DNA of 63,287 nucleotides, counting the filler, from Collodictyon triciliatum (lineage: Eukaryota): assembly GCA_043381765.1 (NCBI GenBank). It is 9 parts of 9 records of this genome, joined end to end, with 100 filler letters (N's around TTAATTAATTAA, not from the genome) between each part and the next. Parts side by side here need not be neighbours in the genome. Positions count along the whole stretch, not along the records: positions 43,225 to 50,309 come from JBHJMP010004073.1; positions 50,410 to 57,490 come from JBHJMP010004074.1; positions 57,591 to 63,287 come from JBHJMP010004217.1; 6 more parts are not named here. One strand, given 5' to 3'. The position numbers and the translations under genes were made by a program. Of this stretch, positions 46,759 through 61,964 are shown one piece after another. The notes beneath the pieces were generated by a model. The model was given only the letters and a program-made list of their open reading frames with translations, ran no database searches and had not been told where the DNA came from. Numbering within the stretch: position 1 is the first letter of the stretch; the number at the start of each line of letters is the position of its first letter.

Positions 46759-48835
46759 AAGAAAAAGTGAGCTCTATCCACTAGCACAAGGTCCAACGTA
46801 CCCCTTTTTATCAATTAGCTCCCATGTATCCAGAATTTTTTTCGTGAACTCTAACCAGTTCATCTTCTTACAGTCAATTATAATTTTTTCTACTGTAGTA
46901 CTGGCGCCTTAATGCCAATTAAACGATAAGAACGAAATAAGCAATGGGTTTAATGAGAGAAGTTAAAAACATGATAGAATGATATTCCAAAATAAAACTG
47001 CGAATAATTGGAAATTGGATTAAAATTATGCAAGAAATAAGTGATGAAAGCGATAGAATCAAACCTTCATATCGGGGTATCTTTTTCGATCTTTCTATCA
47101 AATTATCAGCAAGTCTCTTAACTAATCTAATAGGATTTGGTTATCATGGATGACACGAATGTAAATTGGGTTGTAGCAGTCCAATCATATTAAATGAAAA
47201 AATATTGAATGCTATTTTTTTTAAAAGAACCGGTGATTATAAATTATGGTTATGTATATTTAGTGAGTGACTAAAGTAAACAGTGAGTTATCATACGATA
47301 AAATGCATACCCAGTACCACTGGGATGTTCATCTTCCTGCTCTATTTTGATTGCTTGAATCACGGCATCCCCCACGAAGAAATCAGGAATATGTGATCTT
47401 GCGAATTCAATCCACGTCTGACACGAAGCAAAGTCCCCAATAAGGAACAGGACCTTGGTTATTTATTAATTTCAGCTCTCTATCGACGGTATCTTGCGTG
47501 TGATATCCATCTTAATGCACGATTGAAAAGAGATAAGAAATTTCTATATTATAAAGGTTCTGCCGGATACATACTTTAATGTTTAATCGCCAAAGTTCCC
47601 CTTTACTTGATTAAAGGGAAAATGTATAAGTGACAATATATTACCTCACATAAAGACTCCAATGCTATCCGGTGATGCGGTTTAATCATCAAAATATTTT
47701 CATATGCAAACCGAGCAATTTTAAGATTATGGCTATCTTTGGCCACTTTTGCAATTTGAAGCCAAAGTGAGACGTCCGTCGTGTCTATTGTGGCTGCCTT
47801 AATATTATTCAATTTTATTTAGAAATATGTGAATTTTACATGATTACTCAATATAATACCGCATTTTTCCTTCGAGATTAAATAATGAGAAATGACCGAA
47901 AAATATCAGTTCATAGATGAATACCTCGATGAGATAATGAATTGATTCCTTAAACAGTTTTTGTTGGTAGAAAATCATTCCAACATTTTTCAGGATCGCG
48001 TAGCGTAACTGTTGATTTGTCTTCGACAAAATCTTTTCCATGAATCAGCCAATTAGATATTTTTTAAAGTAAAACTTTAATATATTCATCAAGCGAATAC
48101 TCAAAACTACATATCAAAGGTACTTTTTTTTTCTCTGAAGAGAGTAAAACAAACCTTTTTCGTCAAAGACTCACTATTTAGGAGTCTATCCAGTATTTTC
48201 CTGGCTGATTCTATTTCTCCAGAGGCAAGAAGTTTCAAACTCTCCTCATACTCTAAAACATTCTGGGCATCCTAAAAGGTTATCAGAACACGTAAACACC
48301 ACCTGAGAGAAACAACCGAATTCCAATAAAAATCAATTTTCTTCAGAAATTACATCCATTTAATAAATAAAATGGCACTGTGTTAAAGAATCAATAGAAC
48401 AAAAGATCGCAAGATAAGTGAATTCGTCTTTAATTATATTTATTTTTTTTTAAAAAAAAATAAGCACGGGTAAAAATTAATAGAGGGAGTACACAGTCCA
48501 GCCTTTAAAAATTATATGGGCAAAATTCTTATTCAGCGTCCTCTATTTTAAATATGGAGATATACATTCCTCGCTTTTTTTTATCAAACTTTTATTATTA
48601 CTATTACTATTACTATTACTATTACTATTACTATTACTATTACTATTACTATTACTATTACTATTACTATTACTATTACTATTACTATTACTATTACGTA
48701 GATTTTCCTCACTCGGGTGAGTAACTTGAGTTATTTTTAGGCTAAGATGAAGCCTGTATACTTACTTTAGCCTCTGAGCTAAGAACATTCTGGTCCTCTT
48801 TTCGATCTAAATCGTTAATTGCACGAACCTGAAGC
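43225..48835 (-). CDS. CABIN1: CABIN1/Hir3-like TPR protein (HIRA complex), 3'-truncated; many exons
   Basis: VRAIND...SSEAK, LRYAILKNVG, and AATIDTTDVSLWLQIAKVA...IARFAYENILMIKPHH..ALESLCE|VLFLIGD match the Cabin1 N-terminal TPR signature. Confidence 0.75.
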
Positions 48836-50118
48836 TAGAAGGGAAGCAAGTGGTCAAGGAGAGAATATCGCCATGTTCATAATTGTTTCTTAGTTACATA
48901 GTTTTCAATTAATTTTCAATGTCCGACACAAGTAGTATTCTAGAGAAGCTATGTTGACGAATATGAAAATTAAATAAAATTGAAATTATGTAAAGCAAAA
49001 AGAAAAAAACAAGTATGAAGCGGGAAAAAAATAAAGATACCACAAGATTTATTGCTGAAACATAAATAAATATTTGTTTACCATGATGGACAACCAATCT
49101 GTTGACCTCGCTTATTGGTGAAAACGGGCTGTACTCGAAAAAAACTGTAAACATAATCAATTCTTTGGTGATATTTCACTATAGGTGCCCTTCCCCGTCG
49201 AACATTGCATTTCACAAAGGATTTACACAGGGAAACAAGAAACATTTTTTATGTGAAATGATAAAGAGAAAAGAAGAAAAGAAGAAAAGAAAAGAAGAAA
49301 AAGAAGAAAAAAGAAGAAAAAAGAAGAAAAAAGAAGAAAAAAGAAGAAAAAAGAAAAAACGAAAAAAAGAAAAAACGAAAAAAAGAAAAAAAAGAAAAAA
49401 GAAGAAAAGAAAAACAAGGAAGTAGAATAGAGAAAATATGGGAGTTCAGGGGAATAATAATGACACAGTGGTACTACGACAAATACATTATTTGATACTT
49501 TTAGAGTCTCCACTTTGTTTCACGAGATTCACCTCCGATCATCTTAAGCAACTTTTTTTGAAGCAGAAATACCGGCGGGCACACACGATTTAGTTTATGC
49601 CAGCTAATCTATGCTAAACAATATGAGAGCTTATATTGCTTATTTTAAAAGAGTATCTATCACTTACAAATTTGCACAGTGTTGTATATAATACATTTAT
49701 CTATTGCAGCCTGCACTCAAATATGTCTTTAAAGTGCCATTTTTATTTAAATTCCATAATTGTGATTCTAACAAAATTTGAATATTTAAACACACAACCT
49801 TGCGTTCGGCAAGGAGATGCGGAGATCGTTTTCCTCCAATTTTTTTTCCCCTAATTCCCAGAGCCCGCCTTGCGTTCTTTGTAATACAAGCATTCCAGAC
49901 GTTCGAACGGAACGGTGTTACTTGAAACAATGCGCAATACAAGTACAGCAGAGAAAAAAGCAGAAAAGAAAGAAAGAAAGAAAAAAGAGAGAACAGCAGA
50001 AAAGAAACAAACCAAACCAAACCAAACAGATCATTACAACAATAAAGACAAGAAAACGGGTCACCCAAAAAGGAGAGGATCCACAACGAGGGACAATGTC
50101 ACCTTCACTTCAGTGTCA

Positions 50119-50309
50119 ACACCCACCACCATCACCATCACCAATATCATCACCAATATCATCACCAATATCATCACCAATATCATCACCAATATCATCA
50201 TCAATATCATCACCAATATCATCACCAATATCATCACCAATATCATCACCAATATCATCACCAATATCATCACCAATATCACCATCAAACCATCACCAAA
50301 TCACCATCA
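50119..50309 (+). repeat. (ATCACCAATATC)n 12-mer tandem repeat at contig end
   Basis: Direct reading. Confidence 0.9.
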
Positions 50310-50409
50310 NNNNNNNNNNNNNNNNNNNNNNNNNNNNNNNNNNNNNNNNNNNNTTAATTAATTAANNNNNNNNNNNNNNNNNNNNNNNNNNNNNNNNNNN
50401 NNNNNNNNN
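50310..50409. other. Artificial contig-joining spacer
   Basis: 44 N + TTAATTAATTAA + 44 N. Confidence 0.97.
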
Positions 50410-51089
50410 TGTATGTATGTATGTATGTATGTATGTATGTATGTATGTATGTATGTATGTATGTATGTATGTATGTATGTATGTATGTATGTATGTATGC
50501 ATGTATGCATGTAAAAGCAATTTCAAAATCTCCATAATTTAGAAAAATTAAAGGGAAGAGAAAAATGTATTTTAAAAGCAAGAATTATTCATAAATATAT
50601 TTGATTTTTCTTCCCAAAAAGAAACAAAAGTTTATGGATTACATAAGCACAAGTCAAGGTAATTTCAGGGTACATTATTTTTCAATAATCCATGAATTAT
50701 CTTTTATTCTAATTTACCCTAAAACCATGCATAAGAAAAAGAAACATAGCTAAAACCTCTATTTCATAAATGATCCCTTAGAGACCAAATATCAACAAAA
50801 GCAGCTTTGGGACCTCCAAACACCGTGCCAGCTGGTTCCCAACGAAAATAGCTTAGTAATAATCACTAAATATTTGATAATTTTTTTATTAGTATAATTT
50901 AACACTGTCATCTGCAAATATTTTATTCATACATATTTATGTATACTATCAAAATCAACGACTAGTATTCATTCTGCTTATGATATTAATATATCATTAA
51001 TACAGAGAGCAGTTTAATATCAGTTTTCAATTGTGTCTGGGTCATCATATATTCTAAACATATGAGACTAATGTAAGAATATATTCCTG

Positions 51090-52428
51090 TAAAAATGATC
51101 AAGGGATCAGACGAATGTAAAATTAAGGTATCAGAGGCATGCCACGGAAGGTTTTCCTACAAATCTTACTTGTTTGGGAAAAAATATGTTGTTTGTCCAC
51201 ACTACGACCAGAAATCTGGGTGAGCTATAAATATTTGGAAATAAGTCCACTAAAAAAAGAAAATTAAATAAGTAATTCATCTACCAACTATAACCTACCG
51301 GTGAATTATATGCCATAAATATTCTTAATGGATCAGGCTTTATATTAACGAGTTTAATCAGGCATTGTGGTCCCTCCCTGTTCATCATCGGCGCTCAGAA
51401 AGCTGGAACAACCTCTACCTTCCAATTTATCAAAAAGCACCCTGATTTTCAAGATGGCATCAGAAAGGAAATGAAGTTCTACTCATGTAACACTGTGAAA
51501 GATGCGTGAGTTTGTAATTTTTTTTGTTTTGTTTTTATTAGTATATTATCGCCGCAACAAAAAAAAAATTGACCCCATAAATTCATATCATGTCAAAAGT
51601 GATTCAGTCTGCTGTTTAAAGTATGAGTAATAGTTCTTTCATGTTTGATCAAATCCTTTGCCATGCAGGGAGCTAAGAAAAATTCAATATCTAAGTCTTT
51701 TCCCTGCATGCAAAGTAAGCTCAATTTCATAATCCTTCAATCCTATGACCCGCACACCATATTAACTGAACAGCGCTATAGTTTTTCTACATTAAGTGAT
51801 TAACCCACTGTAGTACTGCGTCACTGGAGAGGCCACGCCAGAATACTCCATGAAGCTTCACGTCGCAAAAGCTATCAAAGAGGATTGGCCAGATGCCAGA
51901 ATCCTATTTCTAATTCGCAATCCAGTTGAAAGAGCTGAATCACACTATCGAATGGTTTTTAAGAAGAATAAGACTGATGAGAATCCAGACCTTCATACAT
52001 TCGCACATCATGTGAAACATAACCTCAAGATTGCGAGAAAGTACGACATTTTCGATGAGAAAGAGGGTAAATTAAACATGGCGAGATTGGATAAGCACAC
52101 TCATTTTTCACTGTTGGAAAGAGGTATGTACGCCAGTATGATTGAAGAGTGGACAAAGGTATTCCACCGGAACCAATTCATGGTTGTTCTATATGAGGAA
52201 TTGGTAGACACCGAAAAGCAAAGCTGTATTTTGCGGGAAATTCTCAAGTTCTTTGGACTTCGGCACACCCACCTTCCAAAGTCCATGGTTCGATTCCCAT
52301 CAGCCAATGTCGGGATGAAAAGGAAGTCTATAGATAATGAGACGATGGACTATCTGCGAGAGTTTTACAAACCATTCAACCGGCGCCTTAAAGAAGTGCT
52401 AAAGAGGGACATCCCTTACGAAATGTAA
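51090..52428 (+). CDS. PAPS-dependent sulfotransferase (heparan-sulfate 3-OST/NDST-like domain), copy 1; 5' end uncertain
   Basis: 5'-PSB FIIGAQKAGTTS (exon from 51362), KEMKFY, TGEATPEY, 3'-PB IRNPVERAESHY, RGMY, and LREFYKPFNRRL. Confidence 0.88.
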
Positions 52429-53652
52429 TGAGACTACAAGCTAACCCAACATTACTATTACTTATCTTCTACCAATTTATCCTCTTTTCTATCCGAGTCA
52501 AACCGAAGGGATGTAACCCCAATAAACTACAAAACCCGACGATTGCTTAGAGCAGAGCGCAAGTGGATGAGAGTCATGCCGAATAGACTGGTATTCCTTC
52601 AAGGGGAAGTGAGCGTGAGCCAAAAACAAAGATTTCCGAATGCTGCACTTTTTTTTTATTCATCCTTTCAATTTTGTGCAATTTCCGAATGCTGCATATG
52701 CATACATACATACTACATTAGTTACAAATCTGGAAAATATAACACACAATTTATTTCTATATACAAAATCATCCTGTCATTCGCTGCTCACAATGCAGGG
52801 TCTTTTATTATGTATGCATCTATATCTATCCCAATACCTACGTTCATATCATCATCATCCACACATATTTGTTTTATATCATGGCAACTCGTAACACTTT
52901 CATGAATCCTGTCCCAATATGGACTTCATCTCTCATCACTCTATCGCATCACTCCCCACAATCCGGCGACCAAATATGTACTCAAACTTCCACCATTTTG
53001 GATTTCGACCAGCCATTATGGTATCAAAGCGCAAACAAACAAACAAACAAACAAACAAACAAACAAACACACAGTTCTGTCCTCTGAGTGTCCCACGCGT
53101 TGGAATGTGTGAAAGTCTCATGTTTTGCACTTCGCAGCGGTGAGAACAGATCGTGTGGGAGGCTTTGGGAGGCTGTCCAAGTGCCACTCTAAAGCAGAGA
53201 CGCAACCCATTTTGTGCAGAGTCTGTGTACCTGCAAGTCTGTTTTTTCCTTCTTCTTTTGTTGTTCCTCCTGTTGTTCTTGGGTCATGTATGTCGAACGT
53301 TAAAACACACGTTAAAACACACATAAAAACACACATAAAAACACACATAAAAACACATAAAAACACACAAAAAAACACACACATATAAAAAACACACACA
53401 TAAATAAACATACATAAAAAACACACATAAAAACACACACATAAAAACACACACATAAAAACACACACATAAAAACACACATAAAAACACATATAAAAAA
53501 ACACATATAAAAAAACACATATAAAAAAACACACATAAAAAAACACACATAAAAAACGCACATAAAAACACACAAAAACACACACATAAAAAAACGCACA
53601 TAAAACAAAAACAAGCTAGGCAGAGACACAAGACCGCCGCCCACACCCCGTC

Positions 53653-56219
53653 ATGATGACCAGAGGCTTGGCCGTCGCTGTTGCGGCCATGCTATGCGTT
53701 TCGGTGGCCGCACTTGTGTGGCTCGGCGCAGAGAGGGTAAACCCACCTACTCAGCTTTCTCGGTGCAAACTGACACGGCTGCAATGCTGCACGGCCATAT
53801 GCAAAGCCGCAGCACACGCTCTCCCTCGAAGGCAACCATTGTGCGGCGAGTTCTCGCGCTGGAAGCCCGGGAGAGACGCTTGCAAGTCCACATTCCAAAC
53901 AGCATCGCTGGCACATAATAGATGCATGCTTGCATTCAATAGGCACACGCGGCACACAGCCAGCATTATGCGTCCAAGGCACTGAAAGTACCAGGCAGGC
54001 TGGGTGACGAGAAGGTATGTAGGTTGATAAGTATATTGGGATTATCGTGGGATCATACAAAGGTCGTTGATAAGTCAAAGGGCAAGAGATATACAAAGGA
54101 CTTACGTACGCAATGGTATCCACAAATGTATTTGATAGCTGGACTTGAATCTATCAAAGCAGGATGGGAAGAGCGCACCACGCTTCGAGGGACAGAACGA
54201 ATGTTTGAGCTGTCTATTTGTTTATTTGTTTATTTTTTTTACTTATTTATTATATGTGCTTTTATTTATTCGTTTATTTTTTTTTACTTATTTATTATAT
54301 GTACTTTTTTTATTCGTGTATTTTTTACTTATTTATTATATGTACTTTTGTTTATTCGTTTATTCGTTTATACGTTTATTCTTGTATTTGTGTATTTGTG
54401 TATTTGTGTATGGATGATATTGATCAAATGAAAATTTTATTCAACAAACATGAGATAAGCATCAAGCTTGGTGTGGTACTTAGTTTCATATATCTTTCTG
54501 GAAAAGTAATTCAATTAAAGCACTATCTCCCAATAAATAATCTGGACAATCATTCAGCTATCGTGGTGCAAAAGAATGAGGTGTTGGAAAATCATGGAGT
54601 TTGTCAGTTAGAGACAAGAGGGAACAAGACGAAGGTATTATTATTATGTCCATGTAATGGTTATATATCTTATAATGTCAAGTTTTCGAAAGCGAACGAA
54701 TGTTGATACATATTGTGAGTTTAATTTGTATGACCGCAATAACAGAGAAGCAACGAGTGCAGCATCGCTTTACCGACGAGTTGCTACGGGCACCTTCCCT
54801 ACAAAAGCGATTCTAAAGGAAAGCAGCATGTCATTTGTCCTCACTACGACTCTAAACTCAAGTATGCATGCCATTTACATCATAACATTTTGAATTTTTT
54901 TCTAGAAAGATAACTGAATGGTTGAGTCATATCCTTCTGTAATGGCTTTTTGAGAAAAGAATTGAAGCTGAAATATCACAGCGGACAGTAGTGTGTCTAT
55001 AAGAGGATATTCAATATTTAAATACACTATGCATACCATGCACGATTGTAAATAGGCGATGTGGACCATCGATTTTTATCATCGGGGCCCAGAAAGCATC
55101 AACAACATCGACTTTTCAATTTATTAAGAAGCATCCTGATTTTAATGATGGATTCAGAAAAGAGACGAAATTCTACTCGTGTAATCAAGTACAAGATGCG
55201 TAAGTTGTATTTTTTTCAACAAGTTGCGTACTGCGCATCCATCCAGCTATTTCACTTTTTCTTAAAATCGATACATGGGACGTCCATGAGTGGCCATCTT
55301 ATCCACATAGTACTTCATGTACCAAATGAAAAGAGAATACACCAAATGTTTCTTTGATAATTTTTGAACATCAAGGGAGCTCCGAAAAATAGAATATTTG
55401 AGCTTATTCCCACCATGCAAGGTATCTATTTTATACTGATTTTTACCATTTTTCAACTTTTCGGTTATTTTTAAGCCTTATCGAAAAGTGATATATCAAA
55501 AGAAATCTGACAGTGTACGCTATATACTTATGCATTTAATCTCCTGTAATACCACCATTCAGTACTCTATTTGTTGATTAATATTTGATTTAATATTTTT
55601 CAAGAGCTGTGTTACAGGTGAGGCCACCCCTGAGTACTCTATGTCGATTCGAGTAGCAAATACTTTGAAAAAAGATTGGCCAGACGCTAGGATACTTCTT
55701 TTGATTCGAGACCCAGCCGAACGAGCTTTTTCAAATTATCGTATGGTCGTTCGAAAAAATTCGACAACCAAGAATCCAGACTTGGAGTCTTTTGCAGAGG
55801 AGGTCAAAAAAGACTACGAATACGCCAAGTCATATAATATATTCAACGAAAAAGATGGGACTCTCAACATGAACATACTAGATGGGCACAAGCACTTCTC
55901 CTTTTTGGAGCGGGGCATGTATGCGAGTATGATTGAAGAATGGGCAAGACTTTTTAACAAAAATCAGTTTATGGTAGTTCTTTACGAGGATTTGGTGGAC
56001 CCACAAAAACAAAGCTGCGTTTTACAAGAGATACTCAAGTTCTATGGTCTTCGTTCTGACGAACTTCCCCATAATTTTTTCTATCTACCATCGGCTAATA
56101 TTGGCAGTAGGAAGGTAATTGAGGATGAGGAAACTATGGCGTTTCTGCGAGAGTTTTTCAAGCCATTCAATCGTCGTTTAAAGGCAGTATTGCAGAGAGA
56201 CCTTCCGTATGCCATGTGA
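53653..56219 (+). CDS. PAPS-dependent sulfotransferase, copy 2, type II membrane-anchored
   Basis: N-terminal TM (MMTRGLAVAVAAMLCVSVAALVWLG), FIIGAQKASTTS (exon from 55056), TGEATPEY, IRDPAERAFSNY, and LREFFKPFNRRL. Confidence 0.86.
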
Positions 56220-57490
56220 CATGATGCGCCCTGATGTTTTGGTATCATGGAGTGCGAGGCCAATCCTTCAGCAAGCAGACGATGCACCTGTCTCCTATCA
56301 AAAAATATATCCAAGATGTTCTAGCCTTCAGCTGTTTTGGTCCTGTTTTTATGACATACTTTATCTCAGAGTCGATTGCTGGTGTGTGGATTTTTTTTTT
56401 TGAGAATCCGTCTTTCGCCGACTATCTCATGAGAAGACTTTGAAGGTGTGAAAGTATAAAAAACAGAATAAAAAAAAGAAGAGTGAATGGAAATAAAGAA
56501 GATATAGGATGCTACGCGAAGCATATAAAATAATAAGAGCAAAAACTATGAAGCTGACTAAAGAGACAAGAAGAAGGAGAAGGAATAGTAATAAAAGAAA
56601 AAAGGAATAAAATTAGGCTACCAGAGAAGGTGAAAGCGAATAGAGAAGAGCACCGTCATCCGAAGCACAAGCGGATTTTGCGGAATGGTATTGCTTCGCA
56701 TCCAAGATAAACCGATCTGATGTTACTGTCTTTTTTTCTTGCTTTTTTCCCCGATTCACACCAGCGAATTGAGACATCCCGCTTTCAACGCATCGGGACC
56801 TCTGTTTCGATGCTTTTACATAGCAACTACCCAAAGTTCATAGCATCTCAACCTGAAGTGTCTCGCTACCTCTAACTTAATCTAATTATCTACAACTCGC
56901 TATAACTGGTTTCTATCCAGTAATACCATTTTCATAATATTGTCTTCTACTCGTGTTTGCTCTCTGTCATGTGCATTCATCTCGCTCATCGTACAGCTTA
57001 ATCTTTTTCGCTGTGAGTTAAACAAGCGGAAAAAATCTATCACATGCCCGGTTTCAGGAGCTCTGGGATGAAAGCAGGGCCAGCGACAAGATGTTGCTAA
57101 AAGACTCATATGATACAACTTTTGCCTTGAATCCGCCAAATGGTGGCTAGTTCCGCAACAGATACATTTAAGTTATATCATTTTCATGCTAGGCGTACTT
57201 TTATCGACCCGAAAACTTGATCCTTTCTTCTGTCAGTCTCGAATACAACCAGAAATCGCGTTGGAGCTGATTCACCTCGGGTAGAATAGCCTGCGTGTGA
57301 GAACACTTTCTCTCCTTTCTATTTTCTTTTTCCTTTATTTTTTCTTTCCACCCAAAACACAAAACCTCCAACCACACAATCCGGGGGTTTCCACTGTCTT
57401 GTCCACAGCTCATTTCTTGTCCTAGAGGCGAAGGCGGTTTCCTCGGCTTTGTTTTCTCTCAATAAACTGTTGAAAAGAAACCAAAAAAAA

Positions 57491-57590
57491 NNNNNNNNNN
57501 NNNNNNNNNNNNNNNNNNNNNNNNNNNNNNNNNNTTAATTAATTAANNNNNNNNNNNNNNNNNNNNNNNNNNNNNNNNNNNNNNNNNNNN
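57491..57590. other. Artificial contig-joining spacer
   Basis: 44 N + TTAATTAATTAA + 44 N. Confidence 0.97.
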
Positions 57591-57964
57591 ACAAAACAAA
57601 ACAAAACAAAACAAAACAAAACAAAACAAAACAAAACAAAACAAAACAAAACAAAACAAAACAAAACAAAACAAAACAAAACAAATAAACAAACACCGCA
57701 TATGACATGTTGTGGTTTCTTTTTTGATATTCCTATGCTACAGCGTAAATACCTAAACATGATTAAGATATGTGGCTAGCTATTTTTTCATTTATAATAA
57801 GCTGTTTGATGGTATTTGATGTGATTTAGAAGCCGCAGGTGCAGGAATTATTGAATGCTGGTCCGATAACTTTTGTTGAGCGGTCGGGCTGTCGTGGATT
57901 GTCAGTGGCAAGGGCGTTGATAATAAATGAAAGATATACGAGTATCATAATTATCGCTTCGGGT

Positions 57965-60228
57965 TTACAGTTTGCGTAAACCCAAAAATCCCTCCGCTAC
58001 ATCTTCACCGGTGTAGCTAATCGATATTCGAGCCTACAGAATGAAAAGCAGTAACTATGTGTCAGCATTAAACTAAGTGCTCTGTGTTTCACAAATGCTT
58101 CCTACATTATACATTTACAAGAATTTAAGAAGTAAAATAGAATGATTATCTCAATTTAAGATTGGCCAGCTAGTGCATTTATATCACACGCCAACAAAAA
58201 ATTAGTGTTAGATAGTGATTCAGAGTAAATTGTGGAACGTGGACTTTCGATGGGAATCACCTTTGCTGGAATGGATATAAAATCGATTCCAGTCAAGCCG
58301 GTGACGTTACCAGCTGAATGATTCGTTACATGGGCCAATCGCCCAGATGAGTGGTGTATGGCATATCTGTTACATATTAAATAGGAAAAATACACAGCGA
58401 TAGGGAAAGGCTCAAAGAAGGTAACGAATCAATAAAAATGAAACGTGTGTTTATTTGGGATATTGAATAGAGTAGAGTATAAATAACATTTATGGGTGGA
58501 TACGATGCTGAGTTGACCGAGCTCATGATTGGCTCCCCATTTACCAATAATTGAATTGTTGGTTTCTTTCGAGAATAAAATCCGAAAGTAATTTCATATA
58601 GGCCAGCCAGTGAGACTGTAATTGAAGCTTTATCCCTGGTGAATAAAAAAAAAAAAAAAGCACTAGTGATTGAGGGAAAGTTGTGCACTTAAGTAAAATA
58701 AATATATAAAAATAAAATTGACTAAATAAAAAAAAATAGAATATAACAATATAATTTCATTTGTTTCTAAAAAAAAAAAAATCATTTAAAATTGGAAACA
58801 GTATGCATCATGAGAGTTTATCTCTTGGTATCTTTTTTCCTTTATTCGATTCATCTCTTGGTATCTTTTTGAGCGCTTACCTCTCCCATCCAAACACATC
58901 AGGGCTGGTATTCACACTTTGGACATTCCATGGAACCAAATTTCCTGCCTTCAATTTCCCACTCTTCCACAACTTTTTTTAAAAAATAAAATAAATGTTA
59001 AATAATAATGCCGACAAAATCGATAAATACATGTACTTTTATAAATTTATCGAAATTGATTTCATTGTAATGTGGTTTGAAATCCACAAAGCGTACCCAT
59101 CGACCCAATAGTGTATCAGCGCACAAAGCTTGATTTATTGCTGCTTGAGCTCTTAATACCTTATGAGATTTATAATAAGTTTGCGCGAGAGAAAGAAAAG
59201 GATAGGAAAAGGACCTTTCTGTTTCACCAAAGGTCAGCAAAGAAGCTACTGTATTGGATAACTATATGGGAAAAAATCCACCGGGAAATAGAACACTTGA
59301 TGCGAAATGGATTTACACTTATACCTTATGCAAATCCTCTACCAATGCGCGCGCCTCTAGTTCTCGATTTACATCTGACAACGCCGTATTGATATCATTT
59401 ATATTGGCCTTTTGGTCCAACAGTGTACAAACATCTGAGAAGAGTTTCATCTGTCAGTGGCTTTATATGTGATAAAATTACTTGCGTCTGGAATTCATTA
59501 ATAAGCTTTAGAAACACCGTAAATCAGAGTAGTGCAAATTTGGATGATAAGGTTATTTACATCATGGATGTGAATCAAACTGTAATATAAGGCGAATCTA
59601 GAAGAAATAAATCGCATTTGATATATTTAAATCGAATAAATGAAAAAATTGCCTTTGATATCTGGTTTGTTGCTAATTACATGCTTTAATTCATCTAATT
59701 CTTCGCAGTCAGCTTTGTTCCTATGAGAAAAAAAATATGTATTAAGCTATCAATTTTGATATACTACTTGAGTTAATAAGAAATTGCACATGTTAGTTTT
59801 ATATGCGTTTATGAGTGGTCCAGTTAAGGCGCCTTGAAATTATTTGTCAATTTACAACCGACATATGTATAGGCAGCTATAAATGTTGATCAACACGAAC
59901 CGTAGCTCCGCGATATTAGCTTTGAGTTCTAATAATCGAACTACTTCCTCACTATCAGCTTTCCTTTTCAATACAACTTCAATATCTGATATATTTGCTT
60001 TTCTTTCTAACAAGCGACTAATTTGATCTTTAAGATTTTTTTAATTTTTATCATTATTATTGGATGAATTGAGAAAATTGAGAAAAGAATGAATAAGAGG
60101 AAAGCATTGACCGATGAAATAAACGTATAAAATTTTGTGCCATTAATATCATATGTAGGATGCCCCGCACTTCTTTACGAATAAGCGTACTAAAAGATAA
60201 ACATTAAGCCACAAAAAATAATGGAAGT

Positions 60229-60294
<66 letters not shown>

Positions 60295-60304
60295 AGTAGT
60301 AGTA

Positions 60305-60384
<80 letters not shown>

Positions 60385-61864
60385 GGCTGCAATCTGTTCA
60401 AATAAAGCAAAATGAATTGATAGGACAATCTTACCGGAATCTAGTTTCTCCGATAGCAAACTTAACATAGTAGTTTTGTCAGCTTTTTTTGAAAGGGCGA
60501 CATTAACATCTGATATCGAGGACTTGGTTGTCGCTAGCTCAGTAATGTCTCTCTATACAACAAAATAAAATGGTGAAATATACTGGATTCCAGAAGTGTA
60601 AAAGGAGATATAAAATTTAACCTATTTTATTATGTTAAGAACAAAGAATTGAAAATCTATAGTAGGTGTACTTGGTGGATAGAGAGTTCTCTGCGAACGT
60701 CATCAATTTCTGATGTTACTGAGTCCATCGTCTGCTTGAGTAAGCTCGTCTATCACGTGAATGAGAAAAATTACAATAAAATCTAGCATATTATCAATCT
60801 CATAGATATCAGATCGATGATCAAATAATACTTTGTTAATATAGAATGCACTCACAGATGATGCAACTAAATCACGACAGACAGTAAGATCCGCCTTCTC
60901 TTTGAGAGCACTTTGCATATCTCTTGATAATTGGATACAGCACGCTTCAGACTAATATATAAATTTTAAATAATGTTACTTTGCAATCATGATGTTATGG
61001 TTACAATAAGATATTATGTAAAATCCAAATGATGTCAAAACCATTTGAGAAGATATTTGCATTCGATTCCTTCACTTTTTTTTTCTAATTATAGTGGCTT
61101 TTGTCTTATGGAGTTCTAACACTGAGAGTATTCAATCAATAACCATACTATAGAACGCGCTGATGCATCAAAATCTTGTTTCAACTTTGCTCCTGTTTGT
61201 TCGTTTCTTTGAAGCTTAAGATTCATGTAATGTAATGTAATTAATATTTAAATAAATAAATAAATAAAACATAATGTCCTCCGTTTTATCATAATAGCAT
61301 GTATTATCTTCTGTATATGCGTTCATTATTCGCCGAGAATACAGGCTCCCCTACCCTCGATTGAACATCAGAAGTTAAGGCTCGCATCTCATCGTGTAAG
61401 CGTTCTCCCTAATATCATTTCAAGGTGATAGGAAGTGAAAAGTTGGTGAGTAGACTTATGTGAGTGGATACATACCATCCGCTGTGTTTCCGAGTGAACA
61501 AATGTAATATCTGGTTTTTGCGTAAGGAGAGTCTTAATATCCCCTATTGTGGCTTTCATGTCTTGTTCTAAAGCAGTCACCTACAGACCGTACCACTTGT
61601 GAGAAGGAGAGGTAATTTTATGATAAGGCATCCCCGTGTACATGACAACAATAAGGTAGTGCGCGCAAAGCTTTGAAAAGTTGGGCCAACCATTCTTTGT
61701 GACGATGAACGCGACTCTTGGCTTAGCATTTTCGCAGTTTCCTCGAGAGTTCTTTCGTGCGCTGTGAGTCTGTCCGCCTGTAAAAGAACATCAGTGTGAC
61801 AATATAGGGAATAGAGATGCAAAATTTATCCAAAATTTAGACCATTCAGGCTGGTTACATCAAC

Positions 61865-61895
<31 letters not shown>

Positions 61896-61933
61896 TGTAT
61901 GTATGTATGTATGTATGTATGTATGTATGTATG

Positions 61934-61964
<31 letters not shown>

